A stretch of DNA of 64,000 nt from Raillietiella orientalis (taxonomy: Eukaryota). The stretch spans positions 372,001 to 436,000 of the forward strand of contig JAYWIR010000032.1 of NCBI GenBank assembly GCA_036172245.1. The letters run 5' to 3'. How positions within the stretch are numbered: position 1 is the first letter of the stretch; the number at the start of each line of letters is the position of its first letter. Below the pieces are notes generated by a model. It saw only the letters and a program-made list of their open reading frames with translations, was not told the origin of the DNA and did not search any database. The position numbers were made by a program, and so were the translations under genes. Positions 52,200-61,146 of the stretch are shown piece after piece.

Positions 52200-52550
52200 G
52201 AGCGATAACGTCACAGGCGGGACCAGCGTGTGGGGCGTTTCGAACCTACCAGAGTCGCGAGCGCTCGCGACCCGCTGCATCACGCACGTGGTGTCTGCGC
52301 GGCACGGTGCGTTATCTTCCGCCTGCATTCCCTGACTGCGCAGTGAACTTGCCGACGCGGCGCACGCTGTGTCTGCTGCATATCTGGTGGTCCAGGAGCT
52401 TTCTCCGGCTGGTGTGTAGGGAACACGCTCCGGCTGTGCCCTAACACTGGAGCACGCCATCCTATGTTCGATTCGGGTCTTCCCATTCCGTGCAAGGGGA
52501 TCTCGATTTTCTATTGCCAATGTCCGTGCCCCCTTCCTCTGAAGAAGCAA
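52200..52550 (-). mobile_element. Degenerate R2/NeSL-like pre-RLE fragment
   Basis: LQRKGA..., VRAQPERVP (cf. AR.N.LP), CSRH and RRHHV are spaced like the CCHC/RH region. Confidence 0.35.
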
Positions 52551-52557
52551 TGGATTT

Positions 52558-52660
52558 CTAACCCGGGCTCGCCGGGGCGTTTACCTATTAAAAAAATAAA
52601 AATAAATAATGCAAAAGTAGTAGGTCCAATGATCTGTCACTGTAGACAATGAGGAACCCT
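52558..52660 (-). mobile_element. Isolated 3' terminus of the Tx1-like family
   Basis: T-rich tract followed by taaacgccccggcgagcccgggt on the minus strand. Confidence 0.5.
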
Positions 52661-52759
52661 CCGAGGATGCGGTGTGCAGATCGGCGATGATGATCTCGAC
52701 GGCAGTGGGGAGAACGAAAGAAAAAATAAAACAGGAAGAAAATGCCTTTGGCGTCATGG

Positions 52760-55030
52760 AAAGGGATCGCGTGTCCTCCGCATCCTCTCCAAAAGCCTAG
52801 CAGCTTTCCACTGCATGTTCCTCAGGTGGGGTCAACTCGTTGCCCTCCGCAAAAAGCGTAGGGCGTAGTCGGTGTGGATCTCTCTTCCTCTGGCATCGCT
52901 CCACGCCACCACAATCCCTCATAGGCAGCAAAGATCTGCTGGGAATGCGGCCAGCAGCAATTCGTCGCGCGTGAAGAGGGACTTTCTTGCGTCCCTGGGC
53001 TTGCCACGTGGGGTGCAGAGGGTCGTCGCTGCGATACTTTCCCGCGACATTCGCAGGACAGCGCAGCTTTCACGAGCAGCTTTGGGAAGGGATCTTTACG
53101 GGGAATCCCAGCAGCTCATCCCAGAGCTTGCAGTAGGGCACCTGGGGTCGCAGCGTTTGCAGCTGGCCCATGGTCCAACCTCTAGCGTCCTCCACCTGGA
53201 GTTGAACTCACAGGAGACCATTCACCTTGCAGGTAGATCACTGACAATTTGCTCCCTCAAGGAGGGCGGTGCCGCAGCAAGGGAGGTTCTTTCGCACACT
53301 TGGCAGGATGCACGATGATCTCCCTTAGCGAGCAGCTGCTGCAAAAGGAGCGAAGCAGTCGCTGCCGTAACTCTGGACTCGGCTCGTCGGTCTTCGCCCA
53401 CGCGAAAGCGGTTTCCTGCGACCAGGCACCACCTTTCGCAGCCGCGGCAGGAGATCCAGTTGTTCTTCCTGGTCGGTGAGGCCACTCGCCGGAGCTGAAG
53501 TCCGCAGTGGAAGACATTGCGACTGCCAGAGGAGCGATGCCTGCCTCCCTTCCTCTGCTGCGTCGCTCCGAGCGCCGTGCACGATCCTTCGAAGGGGCAG
53601 CAAAGCCACCAGGATAGATCTTCCGGTGTTCCCCTTAAAGTACCATGCAACTCCCGGCGTCGGCTTGGCACGAGTTACCAGTCCGCATTCTCTCTTTTTC
53701 CACCAATGGCCGTGCCTCTCGGTTCGACTATCGGTGCCTGACTTTCGCTGCCCGCAGCGGTTCCTTTTGTAGGGCCTCGCCCCGCACCATGCATTTTTCT
53801 TCCGGGAAACGAATCCCAGCAGCCAACCGGCCGGCAGGCTCAGAGGTCTCTTTTTCACCAACGTAAAAGCCATTGTTTGCCGAACTTCTGGCTGAAGATG
53901 CGCCGGACCCGGGAGAGGCATTTTCCAGTTTCTCTCTCTACCAGCAGTGGAAAGTCCTATGGTCTTCATGCATTCTCTGCGAGCGCCGGATGCCGTCATC
54001 TCTCGTCTCTGAGCTTTGCTTCCTCTTGACCTCGAGTTCCCTCGACACCTCGCCGCTGCCTGCATCCCCCGCGCCAAGGGATCCTGCGACAGCGGCTCGC
54101 ACCAAAGTCGGGCTACAAAAAGAGCAGCAGGCTTGCCGAGTCAGTCGCCAGCACCAGTTTCCCTCTCTCTTCCTGGACGACTCTTCCATTGCCACAGAGT
54201 CGCTTTCGAAAGGTTCACCACCCTGCAAAATGGGGTCAGGTCGGGGCTCGAACCTCCCCAGTGTTCCGGTCTCATCCTTGTGGTTTTGTTGATCAGCTGA
54301 TCTTGACGTTCCTTGGAAGTCTCATGTACGGTGCTAGGTGGCATGTAGAGGAACTCTTGTCAAACTGCGCATCCTTTGCACACGTGGTCGATACCTCTCC
54401 CAAGGGAATGTGGCTCCTCCTAGGCTGGCTTAACCGGGTCGAGCAGTCAAATTCCTCGACAGATGGACGGCAAAGCTCCTGCAAGCTGACGGAGCACTCT
54501 GACGCTAGTGCATCCAGAATCTCGCCTCCTGGGCGGTTCGAAGGAAAAGTGACCGACGCAGAGAGACAGCTCTGTGTCTCTCCTCCCACGCCAGCACACT
54601 TCTTGCACTGGAGATCCCGGCGAATCAGAAATTCCTAGATTCCTCCTTCCCTCGGACTGCGTCAGACGCGGCTCGGAACAGCAACGATCCTGCAAACCGT
54701 GCGGTGCCATTTTGTGGGTAGAGGAGAGGCGGGAAAAAGCACTAGAGAGATAGGGAGGCGATCATCCTGGCGACGGTCGTGGTGTAGAGAGTCAACAAGT
54801 GGTCTCGCTCGACATCGCCTGCGACTGAGAAGACTCGAGAGGGCGGAGAGACCGCTTGACCCTTCTTCGAAGTCTCCCCTCACCAACGATGCATACTGTC
54901 ATGGAGGAGGCAAGCGGTTGCGACCGCAGCGACCGGCAACACCTGCACAAAGAGACACACTTCAACACGTCGCTGGGATTGTAAACCAGGACCAACCAGA
55001 CAGGACCTTCCCGAATGCTTCGGAGCACGG
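52760..55030 (-). mobile_element. Utopia/NeSL-like 5' half (zinc fingers, linker, start of RT), highly degenerate
   Basis: Remnants in order: LVLVYNPSDVLKC, MHEDHRTFHC, LCCPFEGSC, LLQQLL...QVCE, CCWPHSQQIFAAYEGLW, LTPPEEHAVE...AEDT. Confidence 0.4.
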
Positions 55031-56391
55031 TCCTCTAGTAGGTGTGAGAAGAATTCCGACCTCACCTGAACTTGGTCACAGCTCGAAGATACCTTCCTTT
55101 CGGTCACCCATTCATGCTTCCTCTGATTGGATTTGTTACCGCGGGGAGCTCATCTCACCCCTTCGTTTCCGTCCGCCGAACTCCGGGGAGCGAAACCTTC
55201 CCTTCCCGGTGGACCGTGGGCTCACTGCACCAATGTGCGAACGACCCATCCGAAAGGCGAAGAGCTGCTGGATCCCTTCTCTCGCGATCTGGGATCGCGG
55301 AACGCTGCCCGCAGGACTCAGATTAATGCAGAATCAGAGTCATCGAAGCGCCAGAAATCATCCCGGCAAATAGTACTTCCCGGATCATGGACGCCTGCCT
55401 GGAATTCTGAAGAAGCACGCGACGCGGGCGAGCGGCAGTGCGGAGATGTGCACGTTTTCTTAACAGGAGCGGTCCAATGCAACCCCACCTAGAGCTCAAA
55501 GGATGAGAGTAGAATAAATGCAGGAATCCTCATAAAGAACTTTCATGGGGCTTTTCTTTGGATTTTCTGTCACTCCGCGCGACTTTGAATCAGAACTTAG
55601 CTGACGCCATCTTTACCCTACTTCTCTTTTTTTTTTTCCTCCTCCCCCCTAGGTGCAAAAAAAAAGAAGTGCCTTTGGGTCCACGAACTTTGAGATAAAA
55701 ATCCGTCCATCAAGAGGAAACCAATTCCCATCGATATCGAGATGCCATCTGGCGTTTCGGGAAGAAAACTCGAGATATCTGCTGACATGACTCCAGCATC
55801 GTGTTTAGAAGATCCAGACACGATAACCTTCAATCCAACGGCGGGCAGCGGGCAGCCTGAGGGTCTTATGAAGACGCGCGCGTTGCGACAGCGAAGTCTC
55901 CCACAGCTGCGACCGAGTGTCCCGTCTGCAGATAGAGGGGGAGTCGCCCCATCATCGAAGCGCTCCTGGATCAAGAAGAGCAGCAAAAGCGATCAGAGGA
56001 TAGGCTCGAGAGATGACCGAATCTTTAGCGGGTCAACCTTATGTGCTCCAAAGTGACTTTTGGGGACAGTGAGTGTTTGTAATTACGTTGGCAATTACTG
56101 CATCAGTAGGTGCATCAGTAGGGAACTGGAGAAAGTATTATCAAATCAAAAAACAATGCACTCGAGGGAACCGTGTGCATGATCGTATATAGGCAGACTG
56201 GCTGATGCTGATAGAGATAGGAGCTACCCCTATAGATGTGAACATCTTCAAAAAAACACACACACACACATAGAGTCACATTGGTATAGAAGATTGAATT
56301 TATAATTACGATGGCCATTCATCCCATTTTTTTCCATCTCCAATGATGATTCGGCCACGAAGAGCGCCATGACAGAAAACATTGAAGTTTG

Positions 56392-57070
56392 TCACCCGGA
56401 TATGCCTGGGCATTTACTATTATAATTTTTTACAAAATTACATAATAAAGTCTATAGATAGTTTCTGTCGTGGTAGAACACTTGGTTCTACCACGCTTGA
56501 AGACTTGTCGTGACCCGGTGCTAAGACCGGCGAGGTCCTCTCCTGAGGCAAAGAGGAAGGGGAAATCCAAACAAAAAGAAACAAAAAGAAGGATAAGGAG
56601 GAGGGGAATGTTTTTGTTGGGGGGGGGAAGGGCAGGGAACGGATCACTGGACTCCTGGATCGGTCCTCTGCATCCTATCCAGGATGCTGACAAGTTCTGT
56701 TTTAATACTGCTTGGTAGGCGCCACCGTGCCGCAGTCTCCAAAAAGACCGTCGTCCAGTGGATGGCATCCCTGCTTCTTTGGCCTCTTCTCCTAGCGTTC
56801 CACCTCTCCACGATGCTGCTGCGCACGCAGCAGAGGACTGCTAAAGACGCGGCGAGGCATAGGCCGTCACGCAGAAAGAGGCATCGATAAATGACCTTAG
56901 GGTCGCCTACTGGAAGAAGGAGGATAGACGAAAGTCAATCCCAAAGTCCAACCAGGGAGACATACTCTGTTAGAAGATGCGGGAAGGTTTCCCTTTGGCC
57001 GCACTCTATGCAACGGGAATCCACATTCCCCAGTGTCCAGTGAGACAGGCGTGTTCTGCTGAGAAGTCCT
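56392..57070 (-). mobile_element. L1/Tx1-like 3' fragment, structured-UTR subfamily
   Basis: RCIECGQRETFPHLLTEYVSLVGLW zinc knuckle. The UTR is an inverted homolog of 60885-61146. Terminus taaatgcccaggcatatccgggtga. Confidence 0.7.
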
Positions 57071-57089
57071 CTTAGAGAACATTGAAGTA

Positions 57090-57430
57090 TATCGCCGTGT
57101 GGGCGGCCACCCTGCCTGTTGATGCCACCGGCTAGAAGGAACTCGCATGTGGCACGCTCAGGAAACACTTGCATTCTGATGAAGCTCCGGGATTCGAGAC
57201 TCTCTTCCACATTTTGCAAAGGAATCCCTACGGGAGCAGCGAAGACTTGCACGAGCACCTTGGAGAAGGTGCTGGATGTTCTAAAAATAGCTGGTAACGG
57301 TGTGAGCATTGCTAATAAGAATGACGTAAGCGTGAGAAGCCGGACAAAGTGGCGCGCTCCTTACTGTGTGGATGCTTGTGGATGCCATCCTAGAGCTCGT
57401 TGCTTCCAAATCATTGTCTACGCAGGTCTG
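57090..57430 (+). mobile_element. R2-like CCHC and RLE remnant
   Basis: GFETLFHILQ, LEKVLDVL..AG, EKPDKVA and CVDA across frames. Confidence 0.55.
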
Positions 57431-57999
57431 CGCAGGTATGTTTTCATTTTTTATGTGTCTTTTGCTTCTTTCGTATTTATTTCACTCCCCCCTTCCCCAT
57501 TTTTTTTAATAATTTTTTTTTATACCGTCTCGCTCTGCTGCCTGAGTTTCCTCCCAGCTCAACGGAGTCGGAGCAACACGAGCCCTCTCTTTTTTCCGCT
57601 TCTTCCAGTTCGATGCGGGGCCTCCCAGCAGCAGAGGTCACCGCGTCGGAATCTCATCCGTGTAAATGTCCTCCCGGGTCAGGTTCTGTCAGGGCCGGTT
57701 TCGTTGCCTGGTCGCGACCTCAGGACGACTGCCAGGCTTTCCATTCTCGGGGTGTGGCACACGCTTTTCTCTGAGCCCTCGCCGTACCACCCCGATGTCT
57801 TCGCAGGTGCCTCCGCATCCCCACCACCGCTCCGCGAGTGGGGAATTCCGCGAGTGCTTTAAGGTCTGCTTGTTCTTTTATGTTCTTTCAGCTTCCAGCC
57901 TCAGGATCGACGTCGGGGACGGAGGAAACGTTAACTGCTGTCCCGGTGGGCACCCGGGCTGCCCATCGAGGCACAAGCAGGGCCCTCGCAAAACAGGCC

Positions 58000-58320
58000 C
58001 GAAGGAGCTGGAGGGCAACACATTCGACAAACAGGTGCGGGAAGAGTTTCCCTTTCCCCGGACAGTTCCGATGATGCAGGCATGCCTCGCATGGCAGTCC
58101 TCGACTCCAGACCAGCAGCGTGCCTACTCCCGCCACTTCAAGAGGAGGCTCAAAGCTGTCCGTCGGTACGGCCAACGATTGTGACTCATCACGGAGGACG
58201 CCCAGATGCTCTGCCCAGTGGTGCAGGCCTATCGGTGGGACGCTTGCGCTCTGCAGCATCCGTCGGTCTACGTGCCGACCTCACCTCCCAAGAGGTTCCT
58301 TTTTTCCATCCATGCCGCAG
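58000..58320 (-). mobile_element. L1/Tx1-like C-terminal remnant
   Basis: ASVPPIGLH corresponds to ASAPAPPIGLH at ~27860-27895. Confidence 0.35.
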
Positions 58321-58353
58321 GCAGCTTCCCATCTTGACGATGTGCTACGCGTC

Positions 58354-58840
58354 GGCCGCTGTGCAGCTGCGTTTTCTGAGCGTGTCACGGAGAGTGGCGG
58401 GTTCGAATCCCACCCGAGGTGGAATCGATGCCAGAGAAATAGAGGGTGCGTCGTAGGTTTGATTTTCTCCCGCGAAAGGAGACAGATGACGCTGGCTGGC
58501 CTCGGATGGCTTTGGGTGCGGCACTGGCAGCGGATAAAACCGGATGCTCCCGATGAGTGACCCAGATTGGAAGTTCACCCGCCGGAGTCCTTCCAGGAAT
58601 CAAGTAGTAACGAGGTTCTCCTCCGGTTGTGAAAATGGAGTCGTCACCCGTCCGGGGGGGGAGGGGAACCTCCATCGAGTACCATGGAGCTGGTGGTGAC
58701 ACCTCTCCAGAGTTTGAAGAAGCGCTCTGCTACCTTAGAAGAGTGACCCTTCAGAGGAAATTGGAAAGCGCCCACTTGGAGCTCTCTCCAAAAGAGAAAA
58801 TCAGAAGCGGATCCTTTCCATGAGATCCCCCGAAAAGGGG
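58354..58840 (+). mobile_element. tRNA-derived SINE copy E (3'-truncated)
   Basis: gcgtgtcacgg...ggcgggttcgaatcccacc, ggtgcgtcgtaggtt, ccggatgctcccgatgagtgacccagattggaagtt and ccttccaggaatcaag shared with other copies. Confidence 0.8.
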
Positions 58841-60667
58841 TTTGCACTCTGCCCCAGGGACGCTGATGAAACACCTCTTCGTGTGTTCTGCACTGCCGCC
58901 AGCCGTGCCCCTGGCAGTTGTTTGCCATCTCCGCGGGGAGCGCCTCTTCTTCAAAAGTTCCCGGTGGCTGCCGGGGACGCTGCAAGAAGAGGCCAAAACG
59001 GAAGCGATGATGCCACCCACTGGCGAGTGGATCTTGGTGAGGATCGCCACGAAATGGCTTCACCTGGAAACCACCATCCGGAAGGAACTCGCCGGCATCC
59101 CGGAGAGGAAGATAAGGACGTTCACCGCGACGAGCAGCAATCCCTTCCCTATTCCGCTTTCTGGAGGATTCCCATCCTGTTCTTCCGTTCATTTGCTCCC
59201 TTCCGCTCTGTTGCAGATGCGCATCTCATTGGTCTGCCATCTCGGCAGCTTCCCTGCTCCTTGGGCGTGGGAGGCGCCGGGAGCCCCGTTGCTGGAACTT
59301 TCAGGTTTGCTGCCTCTGCAAGAGGCAACCAGGAGAGACGACCATTCAGTGGCTGGGACGTCGAGTGACCCAGAGGATGCCCCACGCCCTGCCCTCTGGC
59401 CCGCGACAAAGGGAACGGGGAGAGTGCCGGCTTCTGCAAGCGCTAGTAGCAGAGCGCCCCAGGATGCTGGGCCTGCGAAGGGCCATGAGGTGCCCCGAAA
59501 AGCGAAAGCAGAAGGAAAGAGCACCTGGGAGACGGGAATGACTTTCCGGGAGAAGAAGGGGAGATGGCGATGTGAGCCAACGCGCGGCGAGGTCGGTGCT
59601 TATGCCGCCGGGCGCGCGTTTGGAAGCGCCCGCCAGCAAGGATGATGACCTCGGCGGCAGCGCAAACCTGGAGGCGCTTCCCCGTTCGGGAGATCGGATG
59701 GTGCAAATCTGGCTAATCCCATGGACGTTCGTCCCGTTGTGATTCCATTCCCTTCCAGCTGATTTGGATCCTCTGAGGGGAGAAGCCGGGTCACGCATTG
59801 GTCTTGAAGCGAACGCGCTGCTATTCAAACCAGCTGATCCAACCAGCTGATGGCAGGGTGCGGAGGTTGCCGGTCTCTCCTCCTTCCCTTTCCCCTGGTA
59901 CGAACTCCGCCGCTCGCGCGGCGAGGAGGCAGTAGGCAGGGAACACACGCACCTTCCTGCAGGAGTACCGGAAGTGCGAGATGGCGCTGGCGTCGGGCGA
60001 ACGTACCAGGGCAGCGCGCCCTCTAGAGAAGGCGGAAGCACTGGTTTGCTTGAAGGAGCCCCCCGGAGGCGCTGCTAAACTCAAGATCTATCCGGATGAG
60101 CACCGCTCCAGAGAGCAGTCTGGTCTCTGGACGAAACTCTCCTCGCCGACGCCAGGGGTCCCAGATCCAGGCTCGAGAAGAGTCGAGAAGGCCCCCAGCC
60201 ATCGCCACCCCCCGGGAATTATTTTCCTTGCAGGCGTCCAGGACGCTTTCGGCAGGCTCGGTGCAAGGCAACCCCGGTCATCTCCCCGAGCTGTACCTGG
60301 AGACCTGCCGCGAGGATCGCAGCTGCCACCTGGGTGTGGGAGATGCCACGGGCACCGAGGACTCTAGCCCAGAGACTTCTGAAGACGTCCGCAACGACAG
60401 TCAGGCCATCTTCGTGCCTGCGCCCGTAACGTCGCGGCCTGACCACCGACTTCGCCTCCAAGCTGTTGCTGACGGTCTCCAGGCAGCACAAGCTGCTGCT
60501 CGCGCTATGCCCCCCCTTCCCCATCTACCTCGCCGAAGTGAGCGCATGCGTCTTCCTGTGCTTCAGCGAGGACCTTCAGAGATTCGGTGGAGGGCGTGCC
60601 CGGCAGCCCCCTACGGCAGTCCACCGAGCTTGCGAGAAGCGTTGAAAGGCTCCACTGGCACTTTGGT

Positions 60668-60880
60668 TTAACACTCCGTAACGGCGGGGAATTTATTATA
60701 AAAATAATAAATACTCAAGTGTACGGCCATCGGCCCTACAGCATCCGAAAATATTCGGAATCTGCCGAGTAACCAGCACGCAGGCCGATGAGATTCGCCT
60801 TGGCAGCAATGGGGGAGGGAGCAAGAATAAACAAAAATTAATAAAAATCAATAATGAATAAAAAAAAATCTAGGGGGCAC
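60668..60880 (-). mobile_element. Tx1-like 3' UTR and terminus
   Basis: accagcacgcaggc motif shared with ~47668 and ~51350. Minus-strand aataaattccccgccgttacggag. Confidence 0.5.
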
Positions 60881-60884
60881 AGGA

Positions 60885-61146
60885 AGGGATCTAAAGGGCC
60901 GATCCACGCTCAGTGTGATCCCTTCCCCTCCCTCCTCACCCCTAGACATTTCTTCCCTCCCCATGTTTCGCTTTTGTTTCTTTTGTTTACTTTATTCCCA
61001 CCCCCGCGCGTTGGTTGGACCTTACCGGTTTTTGCATCGGCAACCAGCAAGCTGTTGTGGTGTGGTGCGCCCTTGGGTTCGCCACAAGAAAATGAAATTG
61101 TATTTTTATTTTTTATAAATAAATGCCCCGGCATAACTGGGTGATA
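60885..61146 (+). mobile_element. Tx1-like 3' UTR and terminus
   Basis: Inverted homolog of 56392-56670. aataaatgccccggcataactgggtga. Confidence 0.7.

Noticed and set aside
52558..52590. Helitron 3' end (GC hairpin)
   Set aside because: No consistent CTRR follows the hairpin across copies, and it is attached to LINE-like zinc-knuckle coding sequence in several of them.
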